A stretch of 64,000 nucleotides of DNA from Macrostomum lignano. Its lineage: Eukaryota. This document shows, piece after piece, positions 23,315 through 35,739 of the stretch (position 1 is the first letter of the stretch; every line of letters starts with the position of its first letter). The position numbers and the translations under genes are program-made. The DNA lies in assembly GCA_002269645.1 (NCBI GenBank), contig NIVC01000725.1, positions 310,296 to 374,295 on the forward strand. Reading direction: 5' to 3'. The notes under the pieces were generated by a model, which worked only from the letters and a program-made list of their open reading frames with translations, was not told where the DNA came from and searched no databases.

Positions 23315-26177
23315 ATGGGTAATAACCATTCTTCAAAGTCGAAGCACAAGGTGCAGATATCGTCGGCTTTAGTGGAAGCTTCGTCTGGGCATCGCGGCGG
23401 ATCAGGCTCTGATCAGAGGCGCTCGTTGCCTGTTGCTGAGGCAGATTCGATGCAGTATCGACAGCAAGTAGGGACACAGCAGCAGCAACAACAGTCGCCA
23501 AAAGTCCAACCGAGACAACATCCGCCTCACAGCGCCGGCGCTGCAGGTGTCCGGCACTCGATTGCAACGGCAACAGTTGGCAATTCCACAATGTCAGCCG
23601 ATGTACAGCTGGTTCTCAGCCAGCTGATCGAGAAGAAGCCAAAGTACAGCTTGTTGAAGCAGTTGGACTTTAGCGAGTTGGACGAGAGAGCCAGGTTTGT
23701 CGTGTTCGAGGCGGCCTGCGACCTGCTGGACCAGGCCAAGACCATCGACAGTCTGCGCGAGGAGCGCCAGATGATGCGCAGCAACTTCAATGTTGTGCGC
23801 AGGGTGGCTTCTATTGATCACCTGGACAATCCCAGGCATCACAGGGTCGCTTCTCAGGTAAGACCGATGTAACTCAAATCCCAATCCCTAACCTCCCAAA
23901 TCCCAATTCCTAACCTTCCAAATCCCAATTCCTGACCTCCAAGTTCCCAATTTCTAACCTCCCAAATCCCAATTCCTGACCTCCAAGATCCCAATTCCTA
24001 ACCTCCCAAGTCCCAGTTCCAAATCTACAGAATCCCAATCCCTAACATCCGAAATCCCAATTTCTAACCTCCCAAATCCCAATTCCTGACCTCCCAAATC
24101 CCAAATCCCAATTCCTAACCTCCAAGATCCCAAATCCCAATTCCTAACCTCCCAAATCCCAATTCCTGACCTCCCAAGTTCCCAATTTCTAACCCTCCAA
24201 ATCCCAATCCCTAACCTCCCAAATCCCAATTCCTGACCTCCAAGTTCCCAATTTCTAACCCTCCAAATCCCAATCCCTAACCTCCCAAATCCCGGTTCCA
24301 AATCTACAGAATCCCAATACCTAACATCCGAAATCCCAATCCCTAACCTCCCAAATCCCAATCCCTAACCTCCCAAATCCCAATCCCTAACCTCCCAAAT
24401 CCCAATCCCTAACCTCCCAAATCCCAATCCCTAACATCCCAAATCCCAATCCCTTACCTCCCAAATCCCAATCCCTAACCTCCCAAATCCCAATCCCTAA
24501 CCTCCCAAATCCCAATCCCTAACCTCCCAAATCCCAATCCCTTACCTCTTAAATCCTGGTTCCAAATCTACAGAATCCCAATCCCTAACATCCGAAATCC
24601 CAATCCCTAACATCCGAAATCCCAATCGGAATTCCACATCCTTAGGAGCTGGCCAGCTGCATCCAGCAGGAACTGCAACGCCGACCTCCGCGCCTGACCT
24701 CCCCGACAACAGCAGCCACCGCCGAAGCTGATCCAGCTTCCCCAGCCTCATCGTCCAGTGGGATGCTAGGCGACCTGATCCGATCCTACCTGCAGCTGGA
24801 GCGGCAGTTTGTTGAGCAGATCAGACAGGAGTTGCTGAGCAGACGCGGCCTGTTCGCCGACGGAGTTCAAGCCTGTCGGGCGGTGCACCGCCTGCTGGCC
24901 AACATGCTCGAAGCTGCCGAAGTTTTGCATCGGCGTCGTGTTGAAGAGCTCGTGCAGACTGTGACCAGCCCCACCGAGGCCAGCGGGACGCAGGTTATTG
25001 CTGAAATATTTTGCTTGATTTCTATTGGAGTGCTGACTGAAAACATCCATGCTAGGTCTAAATGGTGAAGACATGAGACACCTGTAATAGATGATGACAC
25101 CTGGGGAAGGGATGAGACACCTGGGAAAGGAAGATGAGACACCTGGGGAAGGGAGATGAGACACCTAGGTAAGGGAGATGAGACACCTGCGATAGGTGAT
25201 GAGACACCTGGGATAGGTGATGAGACACCTGGGATAGGTGATGAGACACCTGGGATAGGTGATGAGACACCTGGGGAAGGGAGGCAAGACACCTGGAATG
25301 GGTGATGAGACACCTGGGATAGGGGATGAGACACCTGGGATAGATGATGAGACACCTGGGATAGGTGATGAGACACCTGGGATAGGTGATGAGACACCTG
25401 GGGAAGGGAGGCAAGACACCTGGGATAGGTGATGAGACACCTTGAATGGGTGATGAGACACCTTGAATGGGTGATGAGACACCTGGGATAGATGATGAGA
25501 CACCTGGGATAGGTGATGAGACACCTGGAATGGGTGATGAGACACCTGGGATAGGTGATAAGACACCTGTGATAGATGGTAAGACACCTTGGGGATGAGA
25601 CACCTGCGGGAGGGAGATAAGACGCTTAGGGGAGGGAGATGAGATACCTGGGGTATTGAGGTAGGGTAAATTACCTGGACAAGGGGTGAGATACCTGTTA
25701 ATAGTAAATTACGTTAGCAATGACGCTAAGCTGCGCTGCTAATAGCTATGCTCAATATTTATTTAACAGGTACTTCGAGCCCGTCTGACACTGCCAACGG
25801 AGGAGGGCAAAGCCATCCGCGACTCGGTCAAGAGGCTGCTGTCCCAGTCCAGCAGTCTCTGCCAGATGCCCTGGGACAGCCTGGTAGATCCCAGCCAGCA
25901 CCCGCAGTTCCGTCAGCTTCCAAGCAGCAGCGCGGCCTTTTTAAACGCTTGCTCTGCCTGGTGCTGGCGGGCTGTCTGCTCCAGCCTCGCCAGGGTGACC
26001 ATCGTTCCGGCCGAGGAAGGCGCCCCGTTTCGTCAGGAGTTGCACCGCTGCGAGCTGGGGCTGGGCGTCGGCCGGCCAGTCGCCTGCTGCCTGTGGCCAA
26101 TGCTGAGGCAGGGCCGCACCGTGATCTGCAAGGCTCTGGTGCAGACCGCGCCGGTGCTGGGACCTATTCGCGATTGA
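23315..26177 (+). CDS. MIEAP/SPATA18-like protein; exons 23315-23857, 24646-24993, 25770-26177
   Basis: Phase-0 GT-AG introns give a continuous ORF: MGNNHSSK N-terminus, helical middle, and C-terminal FRQELHRC...CLWPMLRQGRTVICKALVQT resembling the MIEAP C-terminal WPxL...KxxV motif (family call by eye). Confidence 0.7.
23873..24625. repeat. 22-bp minisatellite (AATCCCAATCCCTAACCTCCCA) filling an intron
   Basis: Starts about 16 nt after the donor and ends about 20 nt before the acceptor. Confidence 0.95.
25070..25640. repeat. 21-bp minisatellite (GATGAGACACCTGGGATAGGT) filling an intron
   Basis: About 26 units within intron 24994-25769. Confidence 0.94.
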
Positions 26178-26329
26178 TTGATTGATGGATATTGATATTT
26201 ATTTGATACGGCTGTCTCTGTGCACTTTGTTAGCCTGTTGTGGCTTTAGGTTTATAGATTGGTTGGTTAAATGATTGTTTGACTGATTGATTGATTGATT
26301 TATTGATTGATTGGTTGATTGATTGATTG

Positions 26330-26361
<32 letters not shown>

Positions 26362-26490
26362 TTTGATTGATTGATTGATCAGTTAATTGGTTAATTGATT
26401 ATTGATTGATCAATTGTTTGAATGATTTATTGACTAATTGGTTAATTAGTTGGTGTATTCAATGGTTTATCAATTGATTGATTAATAAGA
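26172..26490. repeat. Degenerate (GATT)n microsatellite
   Basis: Overlaps the stop codon of the MIEAP-like gene; purest at 26280-26400. Confidence 0.85.
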
Positions 26491-27154
26491 TTGCAGACTG
26501 GCTCAGTTATCTAATTAAGGCGTCAAACCCTTTCTCCAAGGTTAACACGAGGCTGGATTCCAAATCAAATAATTTGAGAATCAGGAATCTGAGCTTTCAC
26601 TTATCCGTCCAGTTGTAGACTTTAGGGGCCAGCGATCCAGCGATGAAATTGGCCAACCGTTTTCGAGTTTCGAGTCATGAGTGCACTAAGTATTTATTGA
26701 TTAATTATTAGATTGACACAATATGCAGTAGATATTGAAATTAGTGGTTAATCAATTGCTTAATGTATAGCATCGATATTTTGATTAATTGCTTAAGTAA
26801 TAGGTACATTGATTGAGGTACATTCAACGGGTACATTGATTGATTGAAGAGATTGAAAACTTTAAAGTAAGGGGACAAATATGCCTTTGTCTGTGTTTTG
26901 CTTGACGCAAATTACTCAACATTTATCATATCTTTTTGTCTTTTTATCAAGGTTAATTTATCATTAGACTGTAAAATGTGCATCATTTTTGTCAATCTTT
27001 AAATTTGAGGTCAAAAGTGTCTGAAAAGTATTGTAAACTTTTTATGCGCCTTTTATATAAGTTTTATTTTAATGTCGATTACGTATTTGCTGACTAGTTT
27101 AAAGGTTTTTGTCAAAATTCTAGTACTGTATTGTCTTTTTTAAGTGGCGGGTTA

Positions 27155-27720
27155 ATGGGGTGGGTGAGGCACAGATAATGGGGTGGTGGCTGAGGCGCAA
27201 ATAATGGGGTGGTGGGTGAGGCACAGATAATGGGGTGGTGGCTGAGGCGCAAATAATGGGGTGGTGGGTGAGGCGCAAATAATGGGGTGGTGGGTGAGGC
27301 GCAAATAATGGGGTGGTGGGTGAGGCACAGATAATGGGGTGGTGGCTGAGGCGCAAATAATGGGGTGGTGGGTGAGGCGCAAATAATGGGGTGGTGGCTG
27401 AGGCACAGATAATGGGGTGGTGGCTGAGGCACAGATAATGGGGTAGTGGGTAAGGCACAGATAATGGGGTGGTGGGTGAGGCGCAAATAATGGGGTGGTG
27501 GGTGAGGCGCAAATAATGGGGTGGTGGGTGAGGCGCAAATAATGGGGTGGTGGGTGAGGCACAAATAATGGGGTGGTGGTGGTGAGGCACAGATAGTGGC
27601 GTGGTGGGTGAGGCGCAGACATGGGGTGGTGGCTGAGGCACAGATAATGGGGTAGTGGGTGAGGCACAGATAATGGGGTAGTGGGTGAGGTGCAGACAGC
27701 AATACGGGGGGTGGTGAGGC
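27155..27720. repeat. 26-bp G-rich minisatellite (GGGTGAGGCRCARATAATGGGGTGGT)
   Basis: About 21 units. Confidence 0.94.
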
Positions 27721-28210
27721 ATGTTTAGAATTGCATGAGACTTCCTTCCGACTTTAAAGAAAAGTGCAGATGCACTAAAAGAGGAGTCGCGACTTTCAGG
27801 GTAATTATTTAAATTGAAGCTTTAAATTATATTGGTGTCATATTTTAGAAAATTGGATCCGATGAGGTAAAAACCTTTGCCAAAGCCGACTCTTTTTGCC
27901 ATCGCCAAAAGACCAATTATTTTGTTCAATAATGGCAATAATTGGATTTTCTTGCAAACCACCTTCTTTAATAGGAGCTCAGGTGTCGAAAATTTCAGTG
28001 CTCTTCTGTCTCCTCTTGCTTTTTTCAATTATTTTTCAACCAAACACCAGAGGCTACTCAAGTCTATTCATTTCCGGTTCGTTCTCTAATCAAACGCTTC
28101 CGCTGTCTGATTTTGGGAATCTGCCATCGAAGGTTTCCATATAAAGACAAGCTTCATCTCTTTTGGCTCTGAAAGGCTGCAGCCATCCTCAATCATCGAC
28201 TTGGTCCGAG

Positions 28211-29401
28211 ATGAGCAACTCAACCGTACGGGAGGTTCCCGTCGAAGGGCAAGCGGCATTCGGGCCTAGCCTGCCCGGCATTGCCTCCGTACTGCAGGTT
28301 TTCTTCTATTACGTCATCTTGGCTAATGGTATTCTAGGCTTGCTAAACAACACCTTGTCGAGCCTGGTGTTCACCATCTACCGAACCAAGTTCCCGCCCT
28401 CCTGTCTGTACTTTATCGTCCTATCCGTGACCGATTTCTTTTGCTGTTGGTTTCTGTGCATCCTGTTCTGGACTGGCGAGTCGCTGCGACAGATGGGTGG
28501 TCGGAGCTTCGATCTGTTCACCTTGAGCCTGTCCAGCTGCAAGAGTCTGCGCTACCTGCAGCAGATCTTCATCAGCACAGGGGCCTACTCAGTGGTGGTG
28601 CTGTCATACGAGCGGGCCGCTTGCCTTGTATCACCAGTTCGATTTCTGAGCTTCTTCACGGTCCGGCGTCGCGTTGCCATGCTATCGAGCATCGCGCTCT
28701 TTGCTGCCGTCCTCTGGACGCAAACTTTTATTGCTTTCGACATTAGATCTCGATTTGTTAATAGCAGCCTAACGGGTTGCTATCCGAGTACCAAAGAGTC
28801 TGTAAGCTTCATCTTAGCTTACTCGTACGAGATGATATTCGTGAACTATACTGTGCCGGCTCTACTGATTTTGGGTGGCAACATTCTGGCCCTGATTGGA
28901 TACCGAATGAACCGAATCAAGCAGGCTCAGCAGAGCGAGCTTCCAGCACCTCTGGCGGGTAGCACAGTCGCGAATCGTCAGGCGGTTGAGAATGGAGTAA
29001 AGGTTACCATGGTGATGCTGTCAATGCAATATCTAATCCTAAACATGCCCTACTCTATCAGTTGGCCTCTATTTAGCTTTCTAAAGTACTTTAAGTACGA
29101 ACTAACGGATCCAACGATGTTTTACAACGCCTCCTACCTAAATTCCATCTTCATGGTTTTGTCTACCGTCAACTATTCCGTAAACTTCTATTTTTATCTT
29201 TTCAAAGTGAGGCGATTCAGGCGCTACCTGCTGCGTCTCCTCGGCTTTAATCGCTGCGAATTTCGGCGCAACAGACGTAGCAGCTCCAGCGGCAACGTTA
29301 ATGCGGCACCTGTGGTTGCTGGGGCCGCCTGTCGATCGGGTGGCTGCGGATCTGGTATCGATCCATTAGCTAGGAGTGGCAACTATCGCCCGAGCTTTTA
29401 G
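28211..29401 (+). CDS. Class A (rhodopsin-like) GPCR, peptide/FMRFamide-receptor-like, intronless
   Basis: Seven hydrophobic segments; GxxNN in TM1, LSVTD in TM2, YER at the DRY position, LNMPY in TM6, NYSVNFYFY in TM7 followed by RRFRRYL helix 8; first ATG at 28211. Confidence 0.9.
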   Translation: MSNSTVREVPVEGQAAFGPSLPGIASVLQVFFYYVILANGILGLLNNTLSSLVFTIYRTKFPPSCLYFIVLSVTDFFCCWFLCILFWTGESLRQMGGRSFDLFTLSLSSCKSLRYLQQIFISTGAYSVVVLSYERAACLVSPVRFLSFFTVRRRVAMLSSIALFAAVLWTQTFIAFDIRSRFVNSSLTGCYPSTKESVSFILAYSYEMIFVNYTVPALLILGGNILALIGYRMNRIKQAQQSELPAPLAGSTVANRQAVENGVKVTMVMLSMQYLILNMPYSISWPLFSFLKYFKYELTDPTMFYNASYLNSIFMVLSTVNYSVNFYFYLFKVRRFRRYLLRLLGFNRCEFRRNRRSSSSGNVNAAPVVAGAACRSGGCGSGIDPLARSGNYRPSF

Positions 29402-29642
29402 ATAGCCGCCACTATCTGGCTTTTCTAGTGCCCGGATGGCCAGGTTCTCGACCGAATTATGAGCTGAAGAAAGTCTTCAAGCTAAATCATTGTTTCGTTT
29501 GTAGCGCACGATTTGAATAGAAAACTTTTCTTACATTGAAACTTAGGAGACTAGAAGTTTTCTGAAGTGTGTATGCGCACGCAAGTAGTTATTAATGCAC
29601 CGGAAAATACATCTTACAACTGAACCGATTTTTACTCCATAA

Positions 29643-30038
29643 AGCCACCTCACGCCCAGCCCCCGCAAACCCCCACTCCCGACAGCCACCTCACGCCCAG
29701 CCCCCGCAAACCCCCACTCCCGACAGCCACCTCACGCCCAGCCCCCGCAAACCCCACTCCCGACAGCCACCTCACGCCCAGCCCCCGCAAACCCCCACTC
29801 CCGACAGCCACCTCACGCCCAGCCCCGCAAACCCCCACTCCCGACAGCCACCTCACGCCCAGCCCCCGCAAACCCCCACTCCCGACAGCCACCTCACGCC
29901 CAGCCCCCGCAAACCCCACTCCGACAGCCACCTCACGCCCAGCCCCCGCAAACCCCCACTCCCGACAGCCACCTCACGCTCAGCCCCCGCAAACCCCCAC
30001 TCCCGACAGCCACCTCACGCCCAGACCCTGCAAACCCC
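29643..30038. repeat. 41-bp C-rich minisatellite (AGCCACCTCACGCCCAGCCCCCGCAAACCCCCACTCCCGAC)
   Basis: About 9.5 near-identical units. Confidence 0.95.
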
Positions 30039-30690
30039 CAAAATGTAGCAGTGAATTCTTTTAGGCTAGTTCTTAGTTGTCTCGTTGCGAGTTCGCGTTC
30101 GATTTATTTATTTTCGTATTTACCTATTTTTCGTTTTAAAATAGCTAGGCGCATAAATTTAATGTGCGATCGTTAAAGCTTTTCTGTTATAGACACGTAA
30201 CTTTTGTTTGTACTTTTTAGCATAGCTGTTCGAGTTTGCTTAAATGACTATTGGTTTGGTTTTTGTCTTCAATTTGCGTTTGCTTAGAATTAGTATTTAT
30301 AATTAGTAACTATTGTAAGTTGTTTTTCATCACTATTATAATATTCAAAACTATTTTAAAGTCAATTTTTGCACCTGCACTTGCGAATTTTGTTTGTCTA
30401 AGTAAGAAATGCACCTCCCTATCGCGTCACAAATATAACTAGTAAAGTTTTTTACAAGGATATTTACAAGGACAAGGATAAAGGAAAGTCTAATAAAGTT
30501 TTTAGGTTGATGAGATGAAAATTGAAATGAGTAGAAATACATAAACAGTTCTGTCAGTTAGTTGTCTTTATCGTTCAATTCTACCTTTGTCCTAATTATT
30601 TGCTTAAAACTTGTTTGGCTAACCGATCAAGCTGTCAATCAATTAACAAATTTCAATCGATCGATCGATCGTCACTACTTGCAGCAGCCA

Positions 30691-33600
30691 ATGGCCAGTC
30701 CGCCGCCTCGTCAATTTAAATCTGCAGCTGTTTTTTGACGGACAACTATTTCCTGGAAGAGCTGGGCATCCATCTGAATCTGCGTAGCCTGACAGATGAC
30801 AGCTTGAAATTGTCCAACAGCGAGCTGGAACAGCTTATAGCTAAAGCGAGTGAAATTTCAATTGTCAAATTCAAATTTTGTTATCTTAAATAACATATTT
30901 TTTATTTCTCGAATGGCTTACCTATTCAAAATCCCATAGCTCAGGTTTAAATACCTTAAATCCTATGTCATAAATACCATATTCTATATCTCAAATTCTA
31001 TTACTTCTATTATTCCAATCCCATACCCAAAATTCAAAATCCCAAGTCCCATATACCAAATCCCATACTCCAAATCCCATACCCCGACCCCATAATCCAA
31101 ATCCCATACCCCGATCTCATACCCCAAATTCTATACCCCAAATCCCATAATTCAAACACCAAATCCCTAATCCCATACCTCAGATAGATCCGATACCTCA
31201 TTTCCCATACCTTACCCCAATCCCATACCCCACATCTCATATTCCAATCACATACCCCTAATCCCATGCCCCAATCCCATATCTCAAATCCCATAGACTA
31301 ATCCCATAACTAAAAATCCCATACCCCATAACCAAAAAGTCCCATACCCGATAACCAAAAATCCCATACCCCATAACCAAAAATCCCATACCCCATAACC
31401 AAAAATCCCATACCCGATAACCAAAAATTCCATACCCCATAACCAAAAATCCCATACCCGATAACCAAAAATCCCATACCCGATAACCAAAAATCCCATA
31501 CCCCATTACCAAAAATCCCATACCCCATAACCAAAAATCCCATACCCCATAACCAAAAATCCCATACCCGATAACCAAAAATTCCATACCCCATAACCAA
31601 AAATCCCATACCCGATAACCAAAAATCCCATACCCGATAACCAAAAATCCCATACCCGATAACCATAAATCCCATACCCCATAACCAAAAATTCCATACC
31701 CGATAACCAAAAATCCCATACCCCATAACCAAAAATCCCATACCCGATAACCAAAATCCCATATCCCATTACCAAAGATCCCATACCCCATAAACAAAAA
31801 TCCCATACCCCATAACCAAAAATCCCATACCCCATAACCAAAAATCCCATACCCCATAACCGAAAATCCCATACCCCATAACCAAAAATCCCATACCCCA
31901 TAACCGAAAATCCCATACCCCATAACCAAAAATCCCATACCCCATAACCAAAAATCCCACACCCCACCGCAGTCCTGGCTCGAGCGTCATCCCAGCGCGG
32001 ACCGAGCTGCCCTGCAGCAGCAGCTCCGCCGCCTACAAGCGGAGGGGATTTTCTCCCGTTGTGCCGCCGAACTGCTAGCCGAGCAAACCCGTCGCGAGTC
32101 GAGGATGAAGCGAGCTTTGCTAGGGAGGCTGAGATTGCCAGCCGGCATGTGTACAAGAATCCGGACCTTTTTAGCTATGGCGAGGTGTCGCAGGTAATTG
32201 CCGAATAATTAAACAATTAGAACTTGGGATTTTCGTATTTTCCTTTTCCAATCCAAGCGTGAGTCGCTTGAGTAGCTTGGTTTTACCCTTGGTATGACTC
32301 ATTATCCTGCCAGAAAGAGTCAGTAACTATCCGCATTCTGCGCACATTTGCAATTGGGCATTAAAATACTAATATTTCTACTGTAAGTAAGTAACATGGG
32401 TCATTTTTTAATTGTATGAAGTTTCAACTTATTATATAAAGCGTTTTTGTCTTGCATTGCGCAATTTTTTTTCATTTCAGCGGTCCATGTTTGATCCCAG
32501 ATTTGTGGCCATTGTTGAGGCTTGTCGCCATGGCAACAAAGCGACACCTGGAGTGTCTATGGATGATCTGAGACAATACGGATTAAGGCAGGTGTTAGAG
32601 GTAAATTCCTTTACAAAACGCGACTACAGTTAGAAATTTTTGCCAGACTTGCAATAAAAAGTGATATTTGTTTAAAATGAATTCAAATACAAAATAGAGT
32701 TTAGTTTAGGATATAGTTCAGTTAGTATAGGGTTTAGTTTAGGCCATTGGGTTTAGGATAGGGTTTGGTTTAGGTTTATTTTAGAATATGGTTTAGTTTA
32801 GGATATGGTTTAGTTTAGGATATGGTTTAGTTTAGGATAGGGTTTAGTTTAGGATATGGTTTAGTTTAGGATATGGTTTAGTTTAGGATATGGTTTAGTT
32901 TAGGATATGGTTTAGTTTAGGATATGGTTTAGTTTAGGATAGGGTTTAGTTTAGGATAGGGTTTAGTTTAGGATAGGGTTTAGTTTACGATAGAGTTTAG
33001 TTTAGGCAATGAGTTTAGGATAAGGTTTAGTTTAGTGTAGATTTAGTTCAGAAAATAGGTTTTAGATTTGGATTTAAAAGTTAGAGTTTAGATTTGGGTT
33101 TAAAATAGGGTTAAAGCAAAGTTTAGGTTTAGAGAGTTAGGTTTAGGTTAGGGTTAAGTTTGGCAGTCAATCTGTAGCTGTCAAATATGCTCACCTATGC
33201 AGCAGCCTTCCTTTGAATTCAACAGTTCAGAATGTACATGCAAATACGGTGTACTATCAGTCAACTCAGTGCTAGAAGACAGTCTCCCATCTCCATCTCC
33301 CAGGACGTGTACTTTCTGCCAGTCTTCTCCCCATCCTTCTGCTCCGCCCTGCACTCCGAGTTCAGCCACTTCTCCGACCATTCGCCAGTGAAAACCGGCC
33401 GGCCGAACACCATGAACCGGGACGGCCTCCTATTGGACGAGCTCCGACCAATCAGAGCCTGGCTAGACCGGCTTCGATCCGATTGGCTGCAGCCGCTGGT
33501 TGATTGTCTGCTTCCGGAAGCGGCAAACGGGGCTAAATTGGACTCGCACCGAGCCTTCACAGTTCGCTACCTGCCTGGCAGGGACACCGGCCTCGGCTAT

Positions 33601-33951
33601 CACTATGACAACGCTGAGGCCACTCTAAACGTGTGTCTAACCGATTCCAATAGTTACCATGGCAACGCCTTGTACTTTGGCGATCTAGTCGAGCCCAAGC
33701 TTGGCGGCGGCTGTCCTTTGATCTCGCCGGAGCGGCTGGAAGCCTTGCCCGGCGTTGAGCAGCGCCTGGGCTGGGGGCTGCTGCACCCCGGACTGCGGAT
33801 GCATGGGGTTCGCCGCCTACTTGAGGGGACCCGTCTGAATCTCATCCTGTGGCTGCGGGCCAGCCGCCTGAGGAACCGTCTCTGCCCGCGCTGCTGGCGC
33901 CGGCCTGAGTGCACCCGGTTGAGCCAGCGCTACGGTGACGGCATGACCTGA
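30691..33951 (+). CDS. OGFOD2: 2-oxoglutarate/Fe(II) oxygenase OGFOD2; exons about 30691-30845, 31973-32193, 32481-32600, 33304-33951; two apparent 1-nt frameshifts
   Basis: MASPPPRQF..CSCFLTDN, ELLAEQTRR..AREAEIA, VYFLPVFSPSFC, GRPNTMN, LDSHRAFTVRY, GYHYDNAEATLNV, LHPGLRMHG, LNLILWLRAS..RNRLCPRC, YGDG match OGFOD2; the HxD...H facial triad is intact. Confidence 0.88.
30930..31960. repeat. 22-bp minisatellite (CCCATAACCAAAAATCCCATAC) filling an OGFOD2 intron
   Basis: Degenerate at its 5' end, homogeneous over 31300-31960, ending about 12 nt before the acceptor. Confidence 0.95.
32700..33155. repeat. 17-bp minisatellite (GGTTTAGTTTAGGATAK) in an OGFOD2 intron
   Basis: About 15 clean units plus degenerate TTTAGG-rich flanks. 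Confidence 0.9.
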
Positions 33952-34208
33952 ACCCCAGGCTGAACCCCAGACTGAGCCCCAGACTGAACCCGACTGAACC
34001 CCAGGCTGAACCCCAGACTGAACCCCAGGCTGAACCCCAGGCTGAACCCCAGGCTGAACCCCAGGCTGAACCCCAGTCTGAACCCCAGGCTGAACCCCAG
34101 GCTGAACCCCAGGCTGAACCCCAGGCTGAACCCCAGGCTGAACCCCAGACTGTACCCGACTGAACCCCAGACTGAACCCCAGGCTGAACCCCAGTCTGAA
34201 CCCCAGAC
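33949..34208. repeat. 12-bp minisatellite (TGAACCCCAGGC)
   Basis: About 21 units; the first unit begins with the OGFOD2 TGA stop. Confidence 0.94.
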
Positions 34209-34660
34209 TCCCTAAGTGAAAATTGTTTTCCATCCTACAAAACCCTATTTAATTTAGCACGAAATAAAACCCTGAGAGGGTTACAGATTTTTGAGAAACT
34301 TTTATCATCTCGAGTCGGATAATGTATAATGTACACGAATACGCTTAGATGCTACTTACAATGCGCACAACCAGTAGGCATATGCAGACATTAAAAGCTA
34401 AATACACAGCGACTGAAATTCTGCATAATAAGTTTTGTTTCTTGCATCTCGCCCTGCTGGGGAAATAGTAACTTGAGGAAATCAGACTACTCACATTCTC
34501 TGTGATCATCAATACTACTTGGATGATTAGCTTGTTTGGTTTACTTTAAATGTTGCTTGAATTGCGCTTGATGAAGATGATAGCTGGTTTTTTTCAAGAG
34601 TTCTCAGCGCTTAATTGTAAGTACTTCACCTAAACTTCCGAACTGCAAAATAAGCAAGTA

Positions 34661-35383
34661 TATCTTTTTGCGATCTAGTTTGCCAAAACTGCTATCAATT
34701 TTGCCCGCGGAAAAATATCACTTATAATTTTGCTGTCTAGGCCAAGTCTGCTCAGTCATGACCAGAGTTTCAGCCACAGACAACTTTGAAAACTGCAATC
34801 AATTTTGCCAAAACTGCGACCTAGTTTGCCCATAGCAAGCCAAGAAGGATTTTTATTGAGAATCAATTCGGAAGTGTGACGAAATAAACTGTAACAGTAA
34901 CAATAAACAGCGAGTTTATAATGGTAGACGTAAGCACAAATGCTCTCAATCAGAGCATTGTTAAGGGACCTCCGCTTGGCACCTCCGCGAGGCAGAGGCT
35001 CTATACGACCGGTTGCGTTGAATTGTCCAACTATGTAAGTCACGGTTCTTCGTGAGATGCCCAACAGCCTACCGAAATCTTGCCAGTCCTCTCCATCCTG
35101 ATATGCTTGAATCAATCGCTGCCGGTCCTTCGCTGAAATCCTGTTATAAGGTCCACGCTGGGCCATTCTTTGATCTTGCTATGTATGTCTGTGGTGTTTT
35201 CTTTGCTATGGGCAAACTAGGTCGCAGTTTTGACAAAATTGATTGCAGTTTTCAAAGAGTTGTCTGTGGCTGAAACTCTGGTCATGACTGAGCAGACTTT
35301 GCCTAGACAGCAAAATTATAAGTGATATTTTTCCGTGGGCAAAATTGATTGCAGTTTTTGGCAAACTAGATCGCAAAAAGGTA
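34661..35383 (-). mobile_element. Tc1/mariner-like deletion derivative with about 180-bp TIRs and a TA TSD
   Basis: TIRs 34661-34840 / 35201-35383 flanked by TA; internal MAQRGPYNRISAKDRQRLIQAYQDGEDWQDFGRLLGISRRTVTYIVGQFNATGRIEPLPRGG is a paired-like HTH; no DDE domain. Confidence 0.85.
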
Positions 35384-35739
35384 TATTTTTATGTTTGAGG
35401 TTCTAAAAGTATAGAACGTAACGGACGCACCTCGTATTATTTTCCGTAGCAACGAGTATACGTCTTACCACAGACAATTGCCGCGTTCAAGGATCGAGGG
35501 AAACAAGGTGGGTGTTTCATATAGCAAACAGATATAGCCGCATATGTATAAGTTTTTGGCTTTTGCCGATTCTATAACTAAAACCTATAACAAAAGGTTG
35601 CAGAACTTTTTTTGATCACCCCTCGTAGTGGATACAAGTGCGGCTAGTGACAAGTGAATTTCATGTCCTTTGCATGTCGGCTTCCCCCGTGTTTTTTTGA
35701 GTGTCGCCTCGACTATACGCAAAGAAAAGAAATTTGAAT

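Noticed and set aside
32700-33155. Interstitial telomere
   Set aside because: The unit is 17 bp with TTTAGG; only isolated TTAGGG hexamers occur.
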